From an uncultured candidatus Porisulfidus sp. (lineage in GTDB: Bacteria > Pseudomonadota > Gammaproteobacteria > Poriferisulfidales > Poriferisulfidaceae), in NCBI GenBank assembly GCA_965116025.1, contig OZ220480.1:193335-257334 (forward strand): 64,000 nucleotides of DNA. The letters are read 5' to 3'. Shown in pieces: positions 9,313 to 21,805 of this stretch (position 1 is its first letter; each line of letters starts with the position of its first letter). The notes beneath the pieces were generated by a model, which saw nothing but the letters and a program-made list of their open reading frames with translations, was not told the origin of the DNA and made no database searches. A program made the position numbers and the translations under genes.

Positions 9313-12300
9313 ATGGCGAAGCGGACCGATATCGAGAGCGTCCTCGTGATCGGGGCAGGACCAATCGTCATCGGCCAAGCCTGCGAATTCGATTACTCCG
9401 GGGCGCAAGCTTGCAAGGCGCTACGCGAGGAAGGCTACCGCGTCATCTTGGTCAACTCCAACCCCGCCACCATCATGACCGACCCGCAGATGGCGCAATC
9501 CATTTATATCGAGCCAGTCGAGTGGCGAACGCTGTCGCGCGTCATTGAGCGTGAGAAGCCGGACGCGTTGTTACCAACCATGGGCGGACAGACCGCGTTG
9601 AACTGCACGCTGGACCTGCATCGAGAGGGAACGTTGCAGGCTCATGGCGTGGAGTTGATTGGCGCCTCCCTTGAAGCCATCGCGATGGCCGAGGACCGGC
9701 AACTGTTCCGGGAGGCTATGGAGGAGATCGGGCTGGAGCAGGCGCGGTCCCGGGTGGTGCGCGGCGTGGAGGAGGCGCTGGGCTTTCAGCCCCACATCGG
9801 CTATCCCGTCATCGCGCGGCCCTCGTTCACCTTGGGCGGAACGGGAGGGGGCGTGGCCAGGAGCGAGGAGGAGCTCAGGCGCGTCGTCGCGCACGGGTTG
9901 GATCTGTCGCCCACCCGCGAGGTCCTTTTGGAGGAATCTCTTCTGGGCTGGAAGGAATTCGAGATGGAGGTGGTCCGCGACGCCAAGGACAACTGCATCA
10001 TCGTCTGCTCGATCGAGAATCTGGATCCGATGGGGGTGCACACCGGAGACTCGATCACGGTCGCGCCAGCGCAGACCTTGACGGACAAGGAATACCAGCG
10101 GATGCGCGACGCCTCCATCGCGGTATTGCGCAAGATCGGCGTGGACACTGGTGGTTCCAACGTGCAGTTCGCGACGCATCCAGGAACTGGGCGATTGCTC
10201 ATCATCGAGATGAACCCGCGCGTCTCGCGCTCCTCGGCGCTGGCCTCCAAAGCGACCGGATTTCCTATCGCCAAGGTGGCGGCCCGCCTGGCCGTGGGCT
10301 ACACCCTGGACGAGTTGCGCAACGACATCACGGACGGCGCGACTCCGTGCTCGTTCGAGCCGACTCTGGATTACATCGTGACCAAGATCCCGCGCTTCAC
10401 GTTCGAGAAGTTTCCGCAGGCGGAACCGCTCCTGACGACCCAGATGAAATCGGTCGGGGAGGCGATGGCGATCGGGCGCACCTTCCAGGAATCCTTGCAG
10501 AAGGCGTTGCGTAGCTTGGAGACTGGGCAATGCGGACTGGATCCGCTTGGCCCGATGGATCGGGAAGAGCGGAAAGATCGGCTAGTCCACCCGGATCCGC
10601 ATCGGCTGAGACATGTCGCCGACGCCTTGCGCGAGGGCTGGAGCCTGGAGGAGATCCACGAACTGACCGGCATCGATCCGTGGTTCATCGCGGAAATCGA
10701 GGATCTTGTGGCGCGTGAGCGAGCCCTGTCGGGAAGGGACTTGGACGACTTGTCGAGGGAAGAGTTGCTCGTCCTGAAGCGCGCCGGGTTTTCGGACCGG
10801 CGCCTAGGGCAATTGCTTCATGTGGATGAGGAAGACGTGCGCGCGCGGCGTCACGCGCAGGGCCTGCGGCCAGTATACAAGCGGGTCGACACTTGCGCGG
10901 CGGAGTTTCCGACTTCCACGGCCTATCTCTACTCCACCTACGAGGAGGAATGCGAGGCCCGACCGACGAACGCGCGGAAAGTGGTGGTGCTCGGCGGCGG
11001 CCCAAACCGAATCGGACAGGGCATCGAATTCGACTACTGTTGCGTGCATGCCGCGCAGAGCGCGCGCGAGCTGGGCTTCGAGACCATCATGGTCAACTGC
11101 AATCCAGAGACGGTCTCCACCGATTACGACACTTCCGATCGTCTGTATTTCGAGCCTCTCGCGCTGGAGGACGTGCTGGAGATCCTGCATGTCGAGCGTC
11201 CGTACGGAGTGATCGTCCAGTTCGGGGGGCAGACTCCCCTGAAACTCGCTCAAGGATTGGCGCGGGCGGGGATCCCGATCCTGGGCACGTCCCCGGACGC
11301 GATCGACGCTTCCGAGGATCGAGAGCGCTTTACCGGAGTGCTTGATCGCCTAGGCCTGCGTCAGCCGCCGGGGGGAACGGCGCGCGACCGCGAGGGAGCG
11401 CTGAGGTTGGCCCGCGAACTAGGCTATCCTTTGGTCGTGCGGCCTTCCTACGTGCTGGGTGGGCGGGCGATGGAGATCGTGTTCGACGAAGTGGAACTCG
11501 AGCGCTACATCAAGGACGCGGTCCAAGTGTCCGACCAGACCCCGGTGTTGCTCGATCGCTATTTGCAGGACGCGGTGGAAGTCGATGTCGACGTGGTGCG
11601 CGATGGGGAGGAAACGCTGATCGGAGGGATCATGCAACACATCGAGCAGGCCGGGATCCACTCCGGGGATTCGGCCTGCTCCCTGCCCGTCTACTCGATC
11701 GAGGAACCGGTCCTGGATATCCTGCGCGACCAAGCCACGGCGCTGGCGCGCGCGCTGGAGGTGGTGGGCCTGATGAATATTCAGTTCGCGGTGCGGGGAG
11801 ACTCGATCTACGTGATCGAGGCCAACCCCCGCGCCTCGCGTACCGTGCCGTTCGTTTCCAAAGTGACCGGTCGCTCGCTGGCGCGGATCGCGACCGCCTG
11901 CATGCTGGGCCGGTCCTTGCGCGAGCAAGACTGCCGCGAGGAGGCGCGGCTGGAATACTTCGCGGTTAAGGAAGCGGTGTTTCCCTTTCTCAAATTCTCG
12001 GGGGTCGACCCGATCTTGGGCCCGGAGATGAAGTCGACCGGCGAGGTGATGGGGGTTGGCGAGCGCTTCGAGGAGGCGTTCGCCAAATCGCAACGCGCGG
12101 CCGGGGTGCGCATCCCAACTGGCGGGCGAGCCCTGATCAGCGTGCGAGACCAGGATAAGCCTGGATGCTCTCGGTTGGCGCGCGAACTGCTCGCGGCTGG
12201 CTTCGAACTGGTGGCGACCCACGGAACGGCGGAACACTTGCGCCAGGAAGGCCTGGACTGCGCTGGCATCAACAAGGTGGCGCAAGGCTCGCCTCATGTC

Positions 12301-12552
12301 GTTGACAGGATTCGGGGCGGCGAGATCGACTTGATCATAAACACGACCCAAGACAAGCTGGCGATCCGCGATTCGCTAGCCATTCGCCGGGAAGCGCTGC
12401 AACGTCAAGTTTGCTACACGACGACCTTGACCGGCGCCAGCGCGTTGGTCCGCGTGTTAAAATCCGAGGTGATCGAGGATGTGTATCAATTGCAAGCCTT
12501 GCACGAGAAGCGCGTGCGCCGGATGCCGGCGCGAGATGATGTTTCCGAATAG
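9313..12552 (+). CDS. carB: carbamoyl-phosphate synthase large subunit
   Basis: [30 protein letters not shown]..., with duplicated ATP-grasp halves and an MGS-like C-terminus. About 1080 aa. Confidence 0.95.
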   Translation: MAKRTDIESVLVIGAGPIVIGQACEFDYSGAQACKALREEGYRVILVNSNPATIMTDPQMAQSIYIEPVEWRTLSRVIEREKPDALLPTMGGQTALNCTLDLHREGTLQAHGVELIGASLEAIAMAEDRQLFREAMEEIGLEQARSRVVRGVEEALGFQPHIGYPVIARPSFTLGGTGGGVARSEEELRRVVAHGLDLSPTREVLLEESLLGWKEFEMEVVRDAKDNCIIVCSIENLDPMGVHTGDSITVAPAQTLTDKEYQRMRDASIAVLRKIGVDTGGSNVQFATHPGTGRLLIIEMNPRVSRSSALASKATGFPIAKVAARLAVGYTLDELRNDITDGATPCSFEPTLDYIVTKIPRFTFEKFPQAEPLLTTQMKSVGEAMAIGRTFQESLQKALRSLETGQCGLDPLGPMDREERKDRLVHPDPHRLRHVADALREGWSLEEIHELTGIDPWFIAEIEDLVARERALSGRDLDDLSREELLVLKRAGFSDRRLGQLLHVDEEDVRARRHAQGLRPVYKRVDTCAAEFPTSTAYLYSTYEEECEARPTNARKVVVLGGGPNRIGQGIEFDYCCVHAAQSARELGFETIMVNCNPETVSTDYDTSDRLYFEPLALEDVLEILHVERPYGVIVQFGGQTPLKLAQGLARAGIPILGTSPDAIDASEDRERFTGVLDRLGLRQPPGGTARDREGALRLARELGYPLVVRPSYVLGGRAMEIVFDEVELERYIKDAVQVSDQTPVLLDRYLQDAVEVDVDVVRDGEETLIGGIMQHIEQAGIHSGDSACSLPVYSIEEPVLDILRDQATALARALEVVGLMNIQFAVRGDSIYVIEANPRASRTVPFVSKVTGRSLARIATACMLGRSLREQDCREEARLEYFAVKEAVFPFLKFSGVDPILGPEMKSTGEVMGVGERFEEAFAKSQRAAGVRIPTGGRALISVRDQDKPGCSRLARELLAAGFELVATHGTAEHLRQEGLDCAGINKVAQGSPHVVDRIRGGEIDLIINTTQDKLAIRDSLAIRREALQRQVCYTTTLTGASALVRVLKSEVIEDVYQLQALHEKRVRRMPARDDVSE

Positions 12553-12561
12553 ACCGGGAGA

Positions 12562-13041
12562 TTGATGGGCATGGTGCCAATGACCGCGCGCGGGGCCTCC
12601 CTCTTGCGCGAAGAGCTTGAGCGGCTCAAGCGAGTGGAGCGCCCGGCCGTCATCCAAGCGATCGCTGAGGCGCGCGCCCATGGGGATTTGCGCGAGAACT
12701 ACGAGTACAAGGCGGCGCGGGATCAGCAAGGATTCCTGGAAGGACGCATCAAGGAAATCGAGGCCAAGCTATCTCGCGCGCAGGTCATAGACATCTCCGA
12801 ACTGCAACTCAACGGCAAGGTGGTGTTCGGCACCACGGTGGAATTGGTCGACTTGGAATCTGGAGAGCGGGTGCGCTACCAGATTGTTGGCGAGGATGAG
12901 GCGGATATCGAGAAAGACCGGCTCTCGGTGCATACGCCGATCGCTCGGGCGTTGATCGGACGCCCGGAGGGAGAAGAGATAACGGTGGAAACGCCGGGCG
13001 GGAAAAGGGTTTTCGAAATTGTCGCGGTGCGCCGCGAATAA
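12562..13041 (+). CDS. greA: transcription elongation factor GreA
   Basis: [66 protein letters not shown]. The true start may be the ATG at 12571. Confidence 0.9.
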   Translation: MMGMVPMTARGASLLREELERLKRVERPAVIQAIAEARAHGDLRENYEYKAARDQQGFLEGRIKEIEAKLSRAQVIDISELQLNGKVVFGTTVELVDLESGERVRYQIVGEDEADIEKDRLSVHTPIARALIGRPEGEEITVETPGGKRVFEIVAVRRE

Positions 13042-13118
13042 TCAGGACCGCGTAGACCGCTCGCTTACCACCATCCCGCCGCTCTTCACGGGCGTACAAT
13101 GACTCTTGCGTTCACGAG

Positions 13119-15929
13119 TTGAAGCGGCGCATGCGAAAAACCACCATTTCGACCTCTTGGTTCATTCGCTGGACCCTCGTCGCTCTGACGCTGATTCTGG
13201 CCGCGTCCCCGGCGTGGGCCGAAAGCGCGTCAAAGCCATCCGGCGATTTAGAGCAAGTGACGGTGACTGGATCTCGCATCAAGCGGACGTTGCAACAGGA
13301 TGTCGCCACGCCACTGGCGAGCTACGATTTGGAAGATCTTCGGAATCTGGGCGCCAGCGATATCCGGGATCTGGTGCAGTCGCTGCCCGGCAACGCCGGC
13401 GCCCAGAACAACGCTGACGCTCTTTCGCAGAACTACACGGTCGGCACCTCGAACATTAATCTTCGCGGACTCGGAGTGTCCTCGACCTTGGTGCTGCTCA
13501 ACGGTCGCCGGCAGGTCGTCTCGGCGCTTCCCACCATCGACGGATCTAGTTTCGTGGATCTGTCGGCATTGGTGCCGACGCTCGCGTTGGAGAGGGTCGA
13601 GATCCTGAAAGACGGAGCGGCCGCGGTCTATGGTTCAGACGCTATCGCCGGCGTCGCCAATTTCGTCACCCGCTCCGATTTTCGAGGATTCGAAGTAGCG
13701 GCCGAGCGTCGCGAGCGGACCAACGACGGATCCCAGTCGGATGATCGCGTGGAACTCGTGTATGGACGAGATTTTATAGAATCTGGCGATCTGCTGCTCG
13801 CGCTGAGTTATTTGGATCGGACGCGGCTGGTTATGGATGAGGTTTCTTGGGTCACCCCGTCGTGGAGCACCGCGGCGAATCCTGGTAATTTCGTCATGTT
13901 GGGCGAGACGGCTTTGCCGGACGGAACCCGGCTAGCGTCCGGCGCGATCACGGCCGCGCCCCATTGCTCCGAGCACGTCCCGCCAGCCAGTTACGTCCCG
14001 CCAGCGGCCTTCGCCAAGAACTCTGGAACGCACAGCGTCTGTCGTTTCGACTATGGACCGCAGGTTACGGTCGTGCCAGAGGAAGAGCGAGTCCAGGCTT
14101 TCGCCCAACTCAAATTCGGTCTTGGCGAGAAGGCCCGCCTGACGGCGGAACTCGGCTACGCGCGAAACGATATCCGCCGCCTCATCTCTCCCAGCCTTCC
14201 CGCCATCAGTCCCAATCTGTCCTACATTCCGGCCATGCACCCCGGCAACCCGTTCCGAAATGACGATGGCGACCCAGTCGCGGCGCGCTACATCGGTCGC
14301 GTATATGGTGTCAGCGAGCCGCCCGAGACCAACGATTTCAAGAACGAGACAAGCCGCATGGCGCTGATGGCCGAAGGCGACGCGACTGACCGTCTGTCGT
14401 GGGAAATGTCCTTCCTGCATGCCCGTAGCGATATCGATTGGCGGATCCCCGACACGCTATACCGCAATCTGCAGAGCGCCATGGGCGCGGGCGAGAACGA
14501 TACCGCCTTGCTCGGCGTGGGCCCGGACTGTCCAGTCGATCGCGGCGCTCTTGAGAAAGGAGATGTCTGCCTGTTCTACAATCCGTTCAGCGTCGCCAAC
14601 AAGGTGCTGGCCATGACTTGGGATGGCGGCGCGTTCGGAGGAACGCGCGCTGGCACGGCGGGCGAGCAAGCGTTCATGCGCGACTATCTTCTCGCGGACG
14701 CGCTTGGCGCCGCCGAATCCGAGTTGAACGTCTTCGAGGCGGTTTTGACCGGCGATGGAATGTCTCTGCCAGGCGGCAATCTAGTCGGCTACGCCCTCGG
14801 CATTCAGTACCGAGACGAAACCATTCGTGGCGATTTCAGCTCGCTCTTCAACGACTTCGAGTTCTCGTTCGTAGGGGGAGGCCCCGACTATTCTGGCTCC
14901 CGGGACGCTATCGCCGTCTTCGGTGAGGTTTTGTTGCCTTTGGGGCCGGATCTTGAGGCGACGCTTGGCGCGCGCCATGAGGACTACGGAGGCGCCATCG
15001 GTAGCGCGACCGATCCGAAGCTGTCTCTGCTCTGGACGCCAACGAACATTCTTTCGCTACGCGCTTCCGCGAGCAGCTCGTTCCGCGCTCCCGCGTTGCA
15101 CCAAACGCAGGGCGTGCAAACGTCCTTCTCCGATATCGTGGAAGGCGGGCGACAGTTCTTCGTCCCCAACCTGACCTACGGCAACGAGAATCTAAAACCG
15201 GAAACCGCCACGTCTCTGAATCTGGGCGGCTCCATAGCCGTGGAAGATTGGGAGCTCAACCTGGATTACTGGAACTTTCGCTTCGAGGACGCTCTGGCGC
15301 GCGAGAACCCTCAGTCGGTCGTCGAGGCCGACGCGCGACGCGTCGCCGCTGGCGAGGAGAGCCGTGTGATTCGCACGGCGGACGGAACGGTCGCTCGCGT
15401 TCGCACTCGATACATCAACACCGACGAGATCCGCGCCTCTGGATTGGATTTCTCGGTCAGCGGGAGAATCTGGACGGAATTCGGGAGCCTCCTTCCCGGC
15501 TTGCGGGCGACGCGCGTCCTCGAATACGAGATCACGCGCCCCGACGGGCGAAAGATCGATGGGGCCGGCTACCTGAATTTCGCCAATATTGGCAGTCCCA
15601 TGCCGGAATGGCGTGGCGCGCTGAGTCTGGTCTGGCGGCGCGGCGACCACCAAGCGGGCTTGACTCTCAACTACACGGATGGCTATCAGTATCGCCGCTC
15701 AGTCGCGGCCTTGGATCGCATCGATTCCACTACCACCCTTGATTTCCAGTATCGCCTCACTCTCGGAGGACTGTTCGACTCGGATTCCGAGACATCGCTG
15801 ACGGCCGGGGCGCTCAACATCATGGACGAGGACCCACCGTACGTGAACATACCCGGTGGGTACGACTCGCGCACCGCCGACCCACGGGGGCGACGGGCGT
15901 ACGTGTCGATCCGGTCCCGTTTCGAATGA
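13119..15929 (+). CDS. TonB-dependent outer-membrane receptor
   Basis: Signal peptide and a plug region (QVTVTGSRIKRTLQQDVATPLASYDLEDL...), a long beta-barrel body, and a terminal ...YVSIRSRFE. Confidence 0.8.
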   Translation: MKRRMRKTTISTSWFIRWTLVALTLILAASPAWAESASKPSGDLEQVTVTGSRIKRTLQQDVATPLASYDLEDLRNLGASDIRDLVQSLPGNAGAQNNADALSQNYTVGTSNINLRGLGVSSTLVLLNGRRQVVSALPTIDGSSFVDLSALVPTLALERVEILKDGAAAVYGSDAIAGVANFVTRSDFRGFEVAAERRERTNDGSQSDDRVELVYGRDFIESGDLLLALSYLDRTRLVMDEVSWVTPSWSTAANPGNFVMLGETALPDGTRLASGAITAAPHCSEHVPPASYVPPAAFAKNSGTHSVCRFDYGPQVTVVPEEERVQAFAQLKFGLGEKARLTAELGYARNDIRRLISPSLPAISPNLSYIPAMHPGNPFRNDDGDPVAARYIGRVYGVSEPPETNDFKNETSRMALMAEGDATDRLSWEMSFLHARSDIDWRIPDTLYRNLQSAMGAGENDTALLGVGPDCPVDRGALEKGDVCLFYNPFSVANKVLAMTWDGGAFGGTRAGTAGEQAFMRDYLLADALGAAESELNVFEAVLTGDGMSLPGGNLVGYALGIQYRDETIRGDFSSLFNDFEFSFVGGGPDYSGSRDAIAVFGEVLLPLGPDLEATLGARHEDYGGAIGSATDPKLSLLWTPTNILSLRASASSSFRAPALHQTQGVQTSFSDIVEGGRQFFVPNLTYGNENLKPETATSLNLGGSIAVEDWELNLDYWNFRFEDALARENPQSVVEADARRVAAGEESRVIRTADGTVARVRTRYINTDEIRASGLDFSVSGRIWTEFGSLLPGLRATRVLEYEITRPDGRKIDGAGYLNFANIGSPMPEWRGALSLVWRRGDHQAGLTLNYTDGYQYRRSVAALDRIDSTTTLDFQYRLTLGGLFDSDSETSLTAGALNIMDEDPPYVNIPGGYDSRTADPRGRRAYVSIRSRFE

Positions 15930-16035
15930 AAACAGATTTTTGATTCGACGGGCGCGCCCTCGCCTCGCGGCGATCAGGAAGAATCGGGACGAAACGCCAT
16001 TGACGATTTTCGCGCGCGTGATTCGATAAGCGGGT

Positions 16036-16097
16036 GTATAATTAGCGGCAGGAGATCATCCGGGTTCCAAAGAGAAGCCCCCGAAAGGGGGTTTCTG
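16036..16097 (+). promoter_or_regulatory. rimP-nusA leader: TATAAT box plus GC hairpin with T-tract (attenuator-like)
   Basis: TATAAT at 16036-16041, preceded by GTG. Hairpin GCCCCC-gaaa-GGGGGT followed by TTCT at 16075-16097, just upstream of the rimP RBS GGGAGG. Confidence 0.4.
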
Positions 16098-16112
16098 TTA
16101 GGTGCGGGAGGA

Positions 16113-16586
16113 ATGTTGATGAGGGCCGATGGCGCGACTCACACATTGAGATCCCTGGTCGCTCCCCAAGTCGAGAAAATGGGCTATGAGTTATGGGGGC
16201 TGGTGTGCCGGCTCGGCGCGCGCCAGGGTCGGGTGTGCGTGTATATAGACCATCCGGACGGCATCAGCCATGCGGATTGCGAGGTCGTGAGCGACCAAGT
16301 GAGCGGATTGCTGGACGTGGCGGATCCGATTCGAACCCCGTATCGGCTGGAGGTTTCCTCGCCGGGGCTGGACCGGCCGTTGCTGTGTCCGGAACACTTC
16401 CGGCGTTATCGGGGCTCGCGGGTCGACATGCGCTTGCGCTGGCCGCTGGAAGGACGCCGCCGTCTGTTTGGGCGAGTGGAGGAAGCCGACGGTGACGCCG
16501 TGGAAATCCGGGAGGAGGATGGGCGGACGTTCGTGGTTCCGTACAACGTGATCGCGCGGGCGCGATTGCATTACGAGGAGGAATGA
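16113..16586 (+). CDS. rimP: ribosome maturation factor RimP
   Basis: Position immediately upstream of nusA. Motifs GYELWGLVCR...VYIDHPDGISHADCEVVSDQVSGLLDV. Confidence 0.85.
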   Translation: MLMRADGATHTLRSLVAPQVEKMGYELWGLVCRLGARQGRVCVYIDHPDGISHADCEVVSDQVSGLLDVADPIRTPYRLEVSSPGLDRPLLCPEHFRRYRGSRVDMRLRWPLEGRRRLFGRVEEADGDAVEIREEDGRTFVVPYNVIARARLHYEEE

Positions 16587-16592
16587 CTGGCG

Positions 16593-18089
16593 ATGGGCGA
16601 TGACGTGATAGACGTTCTGGGCGTGGTTGATGCCGCTTCCGCGGAGAAGGGCATTGAGCGCGAAGTGATTTTCGAGGCTCTGGAGATGGCGCTGGCCGCC
16701 GCGACCCGCAAGAATCTGGGTGGCGATGCCGACGTTCGCATCGCCATCGACCGGGAAACGGGAACCTACGAGACCTTCCGGCGCTGGCTGGTGATGGCGG
16801 ACGACGACCCCGAGTTTCAGTCGCCCGATGGGCAGAGGCTGTTGAGCGTCGCGCGGCAGACCGATCCGGGGGACCCAAAGCTTGAGGTCGGAGACTACAT
16901 TGAGGAACCGATCGATTCAGTAGACATCGCGCGGATTTCCGCGCATACCGCCAAGCAGGTCATCGTGCAAAAAGTGCGCGAGGCGGAGCGAGCGCAGATC
17001 GCGGAAGCCTACCAGGACAAGGTCGGCGAGTTGCTCATTGGGATCGTCAAGCGAGTCGAGAACTCTGGGGCTTACATAGACTTGGGCGGCAACACGGAAG
17101 GATTCATTCCGCGAGAGGACACCATCCAGCGCGAAATCATTCGCACGGGCAACCGACTGCGCGCCTATCTGCGCGAGGTGCGCGAGGAAGCCCGAGGCCC
17201 GCAACTGATCCTGTCCCGGACCGTTCCGGAGTTCCTGGTCCAGCTGTTTCACTTGGAGGTTCCAGAGATCGACCAAGGACTCATCGAGATCGTGGGAGCG
17301 GCTCGGGACCCAGGAATTCGCGCCAAGATCGCGGTGCGCACCAACGATTCGCGACTGGACCCGGTCGGCGCCTGCGTGGGCATGCGGGGATCCCGGGTGC
17401 AGGCGGTCTCCAACGAGCTTTCGGGCGAGCGCATAGACATCATCACCTGGAACGAGAACGCGGCGCAATACGTGATCAACGCCATGTCGTTGCCTTCGGT
17501 CGACGAGATCGTTCAGGACGAGGAAGGGAAGGTTATGGACATCGCGGTCGAGGAGGATCGTCTGTCGCAGGCGATTGGCCGCAACGGGCAGAATGTCCGT
17601 CTGGCGAGCCAGCTGACCGGTTGGACGCTGAACGTCATGACCGCGCAGGAGTTGCGCGAGAAAAGCGACCAGGAGCAACGGGCGCTGGAGGAGCGCTTCC
17701 AGCAAGAGCTGGATGTCGATGAGCACATCGCGGCGATTCTGGTGGAGAATGGCTTCCGCGAGATCCAGGAGTTGGCGTATGTCCCGGATCAAGATCTTCT
17801 GCAGGTGCCCGAATTCAACGAGCAAGTGGTGACGGAGCTAAAGGAGCGGGCGCGAGACAGTCTGGAGCAGAGCGCGGAGGTGGCGGAAGACGAGGATATC
17901 CTCAACGTCGAGGGAATGGATCCCGACCTCGCTATGCAACTGGCGCTTCATGGCATCACCACGCGGCGGCAGCTAGCGGAACTGGCCCTGGACGAGTTGC
18001 CCGAGATCGAGTCGTTGGACGAGGAGCGCGCGGGCGCCTTGATCATGAAAGCGCGAGAAAATCTGGAACTGCAGTTGCCGGACGCTTGA
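16593..18089 (+). CDS. nusA: transcription termination/antitermination factor NusA
   Basis: S1 and KH domains plus C-terminal acidic repeats. Canonical NusA N-terminus [31 protein letters not shown]. Confidence 0.95.
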   Translation: MGDDVIDVLGVVDAASAEKGIEREVIFEALEMALAAATRKNLGGDADVRIAIDRETGTYETFRRWLVMADDDPEFQSPDGQRLLSVARQTDPGDPKLEVGDYIEEPIDSVDIARISAHTAKQVIVQKVREAERAQIAEAYQDKVGELLIGIVKRVENSGAYIDLGGNTEGFIPREDTIQREIIRTGNRLRAYLREVREEARGPQLILSRTVPEFLVQLFHLEVPEIDQGLIEIVGAARDPGIRAKIAVRTNDSRLDPVGACVGMRGSRVQAVSNELSGERIDIITWNENAAQYVINAMSLPSVDEIVQDEEGKVMDIAVEEDRLSQAIGRNGQNVRLASQLTGWTLNVMTAQELREKSDQEQRALEERFQQELDVDEHIAAILVENGFREIQELAYVPDQDLLQVPEFNEQVVTELKERARDSLEQSAEVAEDEDILNVEGMDPDLAMQLALHGITTRRQLAELALDELPEIESLDEERAGALIMKARENLELQLPDA

Positions 18090-20500
18090 GGCGCGCCAAC
18101 ATGCCCACGATCGCCGAATACGCCCCATCCTTGCGCATGTCGCCCGAGCAGTTGCTCGCGATGTGCCAGCGGGCTGGACTGGCGAAGCGCGACGAGTCGG
18201 ACGCGCTCAGTGACGAGGACAAGAAACAGTTGGTGCGCTACATGCGCGGCGGCGGACCCATGGGCGCGACGCTGGTGAAGTCCCGGCCATCGGCTGGCCA
18301 GGTCGAGATCCCGAGGACGGGCGGACCCGGCCGCAATCGAGTCAAGGTCAAGCTCAAGGGCAAGTATCGCGTGGTGCGACCCAAGATCGAGACGAGTGAA
18401 AAGACGCCAGAGCCACCTGTCGAGCCCGCGCCCGAGGTCCAGTCCGGGTCCCCTGCCGAAGTGAAGTCGGAGGAGCCGCGAGAGGAGCGGCCGGAGAAGC
18501 CCGCCACGCAGCCCAAGGAAGAGAAGAAAACCCCTGCCGCGCCGCCTCGCTCTGGGCGAAAGGGTAAGCCGCGCTCCAAGCCGCGCGACGCCAAGGATTC
18601 TCGCGGCAAGGCGCCCTCAGGCCGAGGGCGGCGCCGTGGCCAGTTGCACATAGACGACCAACGCCGAACGCGCAAGCCACGCGCCAAGAAGCAGGGCAAG
18701 GTGGTGGTCGACAACAAGCATCAGTTCACCGAGCCAACCGCCCAGATCGTGCGGGAGGTCGTCTTGGGGGGGCCGATGACGGTGGCGGAGCTGGCGATGG
18801 CGATGGCGGTCAAAGCCTCCGCGGTGATCAAGACCATGATGGAACTGGGCGAGACGGCCACCATCAATGATGTGCTGGATCCCGACACCGCGGAGTTGGT
18901 CGTCGAGAACATGGGACACAAGGCGCGGCGCTCCCGCGACGAGGATGTGGAAGCGGGCTTGCTTTTGGATTCCGCGTCGGAAGGCGATCCCGTGCCGCGC
19001 CCGCCCGTGGTGACCGTCATGGGGCATGTCGATCATGGAAAAACCTCGTTGCTGGACCATCTGCGAGAAACTCGAGTGGCCGCCGGCGAGGCGGGCGGGA
19101 TCACCCAGCACATTGGCGCCTACCAGCTGGAGACGCCGCGCGGCAAGATCACGTTCCTGGACACGCCCGGGCACGCCGCGTTCACCGCGATGCGTGGACG
19201 TGGCGCTCGGTGCACCGACATCATCGTGCTGGTGGTCGCGGCCGACGATGGCGTGAAACCGCAAACCGAGGAGGCGATCCGGCACGCGCGGGAAGCGGAA
19301 GTCCCGATCATCGTGGCGATCAACAAGATTGATCGCGAAAACGCGGATATTGAGAAGGTGCGCACGGAGCTCACGGCTCTGGGCTTGCAGCCCGAAGATT
19401 GGGGCGGCGATACGATGTTCGTACCGGTCTCGGCCAAAACGGGAGAGGGAATGGACGCGTTGCTGGAGGCTATCTCCCTGCAAGCCGAATTGATGGACCT
19501 CAAAGCACCAGCCGAGGGCATGGCCCGTGGCGTGGTGATCGAATCCAGTCTGGATCGCGGCCGTGGCTCGACCGTGACGGTGCTGGTCGAGGAAGGACGT
19601 CTGCGTCAGCGCGATCTGCTTCTGTGCGGCCAGGAATACGGGCGAGTCAGAAGCATCTTCGACGACAACGGGCGAAAAGTCGACCAAGCGGGACCGTCTT
19701 CCCCGGTGCTGGCGCTGGGCTTGTCGGGAGTCCCCCAAGCGGGGGATCCTATGCATGTGGTGGCGGACGAGCAAAAGGCGAGGGAAATAGCCGATTATCG
19801 AAAGGAGGCAGCGCGACGCCAGCAGACGGACGAGCCGCGCGAGGCTAGCCTGGCCTGGGCGATGCAAATGGGCGAGGAGCGGAAAGCGGCACTCAATCTG
19901 ATCATCAAGACGGACGTGCGCGGGAGCGGCGAAGCCCTTCGGGGAGCGCTGGATGGCTTGTCCACCGACGAGGCGACTATCAAAATCGTGCTATCAGGGG
20001 TCGGGGGCATCAACGAATCCGATGCCTTGCTGGCGGATGCCTCCAAGTCCACCCTGCTAGGCTTCAACGTGCGCGCCGATAGCGCGGCGCGGCGCGTCGT
20101 CGCGGACCGAAGCCTGGACTTGCGCTATTACAGCGTGATCTACGAGCTGGTCGACGACATCAAGGAAATGCTGGAGAAGCAATTGGCTCCAGAAGTCCGC
20201 GAGGAGATCATGGGACTGGCGAACGTCATCGAGGTCTTCCGTTCCAGCAAGATGGGTCCAGTCGCCGGTAGTCGGGTGGACCAAGGCGTGGTCCAGCGAG
20301 GTGGCTACCCAATCCGGGTGCTACGCGACAACATAGTCATTTACGAGGGAGAACTAGAGTCTTTGCGGCGCCACAAGGAGGATGTCCAGGAAGTGCAGGC
20401 CGGTACTGAATGCGGCATAGCGGTGGCCAACTACAACGATGTGCAGGTCGGCGACCAGATCGAGGTGTACCGCCGCGTGGAGACCGCCCGCACGCTTTAA
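18086..20500 (+). CDS. infB: translation initiation factor IF-2
   Basis: GTP-binding domain [17 protein letters not shown]...DTPGHAAF...NKIDR. Overlaps the nusA stop by 4 bp. Confidence 0.95.
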   Translation: MRRANMPTIAEYAPSLRMSPEQLLAMCQRAGLAKRDESDALSDEDKKQLVRYMRGGGPMGATLVKSRPSAGQVEIPRTGGPGRNRVKVKLKGKYRVVRPKIETSEKTPEPPVEPAPEVQSGSPAEVKSEEPREERPEKPATQPKEEKKTPAAPPRSGRKGKPRSKPRDAKDSRGKAPSGRGRRRGQLHIDDQRRTRKPRAKKQGKVVVDNKHQFTEPTAQIVREVVLGGPMTVAELAMAMAVKASAVIKTMMELGETATINDVLDPDTAELVVENMGHKARRSRDEDVEAGLLLDSASEGDPVPRPPVVTVMGHVDHGKTSLLDHLRETRVAAGEAGGITQHIGAYQLETPRGKITFLDTPGHAAFTAMRGRGARCTDIIVLVVAADDGVKPQTEEAIRHAREAEVPIIVAINKIDRENADIEKVRTELTALGLQPEDWGGDTMFVPVSAKTGEGMDALLEAISLQAELMDLKAPAEGMARGVVIESSLDRGRGSTVTVLVEEGRLRQRDLLLCGQEYGRVRSIFDDNGRKVDQAGPSSPVLALGLSGVPQAGDPMHVVADEQKAREIADYRKEAARRQQTDEPREASLAWAMQMGEERKAALNLIIKTDVRGSGEALRGALDGLSTDEATIKIVLSGVGGINESDALLADASKSTLLGFNVRADSAARRVVADRSLDLRYYSVIYELVDDIKEMLEKQLAPEVREEIMGLANVIEVFRSSKMGPVAGSRVDQGVVQRGGYPIRVLRDNIVIYEGELESLRRHKEDVQEVQAGTECGIAVANYNDVQVGDQIEVYRRVETARTL

Positions 20501-20509
20501 GGAAGGCGA

Positions 20510-20875
20510 GTGATTCCCGGACGGCGCCCGTTGGCGGTGGGCGAGCAAATGCGCCGGCTTCTCGGCTTGGCTCTGTTGCATGAGGCCAATGACCCGCGCT
20601 TGCGGCGGCTGACGGTCGCCGATGTCGTCATGAGCCGCGACCTCAAGCACGCCACCGTGTACGTAATCAGCGCCGAGACTCCAGATTCACGCCGTCGCGC
20701 GGAGATCGCCGCCGGGCTCACGCGCGGCATCCCGTTCTTTCGCCGGTTGATCGGCGCGCGCGCGGGCCTGCGCTATGTGCCAAAACTGCGTTTCGTTTTG
20801 GACGATACCGAGGATCGGGCGGAGCGGATCGAGAGCCTCCTGAAGGAATCCGCCCGCGCCAAGACGACCTCATGA
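20510..20875 (+). CDS. rbfA: ribosome-binding factor A
   Basis: RRLLGLALLHEANDPRLRRLTVADVVMSRDLKHATVYV. Confidence 0.85.
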   Translation: MIPGRRPLAVGEQMRRLLGLALLHEANDPRLRRLTVADVVMSRDLKHATVYVISAETPDSRRRAEIAAGLTRGIPFFRRLIGARAGLRYVPKLRFVLDDTEDRAERIESLLKESARAKTTS

Positions 20876-21786
20876 ATCGGCGGGAGCCTTGTGGCTGGCT
20901 ACTGCTGGACAAGCCGATCGGCCTGAGCTCGGCCCACGCCGTGGCCCGCGTCAAGCGCGCTTTTCAAGCGCGGCGCGCTGGCCACGCGGGCACTCTCGAC
21001 CCACTGGCGAGTGGTCTTTTGGCGATTGCGCTGGGTCCGGCCACGCGCTGGTGCGCCTACCTGCTGGACGCCCCGAAATCTTACCGGTTCACGATCCGCC
21101 TAGGGCAGACCACGGACAGTCACGATGCGGAAAGCCTTGCGCGCACGGTCCCGCCCGAAGTTGACATTCCTTCACTAAATCAAGACGATATCAAGGCTTT
21201 GCTGGCTCGCTTCACCGGGACCATCCAACAGGTTCCGCCGATGTTCTCCGCGCTCCACAGCGGGGGGCGGCGCCTGTACGAGCTGGCCCGCGAGGGCAAG
21301 GAGGTCGCTCGACCCGCCCGCGCCGTGCGGATCGATCATCTACGCTTGGTCCGGGACCGCGGGGAGGAGTGGGATCTGGAAGTCCGCTGCGGCAAGGGCA
21401 CGTATGTGCGCTCGCTCGCCCACGATATTGGCCAAACCTTGGGTTGCGGAGCTTATGTGAGCCGGTTGCGCCGCTCGGGACTCGGCTCCTTCGACGAATC
21501 GCGGGCTGTTAGCCTTGAGTGGATCGAGAGAGACTCGCGCGAGGGTCGCGAGGCGCGCTTGCTACCAGCGGATGCGGCGTTGCCGGAATGGCCGATTCGC
21601 GTCTGCGCGGCGGACGAGGAGCGCGCTTTGCGCGCCGGGAAACAGGTCACGCTTGAAGGGCCTGCGGGGTTCTGGAAACTGGTGGACGCGCGCGGGCGGT
21701 TCTTCGGCGTGGCTGAATCGCGGGACGCGGGGCGGCTTCAGCCGCGCCGCCTGATGACGATGCCAGAAGATTCGGTACAATCGTGA
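20872..21786 (+). CDS. truB: tRNA pseudouridine(55) synthase
   Basis: GWLLLDKPIGLSSAHAVARVKRAF...GHAGTLDPLASGLL. The catalytic Asp sits in the TLDP motif. Confidence 0.9.
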   Translation: MNRREPCGWLLLDKPIGLSSAHAVARVKRAFQARRAGHAGTLDPLASGLLAIALGPATRWCAYLLDAPKSYRFTIRLGQTTDSHDAESLARTVPPEVDIPSLNQDDIKALLARFTGTIQQVPPMFSALHSGGRRLYELAREGKEVARPARAVRIDHLRLVRDRGEEWDLEVRCGKGTYVRSLAHDIGQTLGCGAYVSRLRRSGLGSFDESRAVSLEWIERDSREGREARLLPADAALPEWPIRVCAADEERALRAGKQVTLEGPAGFWKLVDARGRFFGVAESRDAGRLQPRRLMTMPEDSVQS

Positions 21787-21805
21787 AACTGGAGGTGTAG
21801 CCGCT

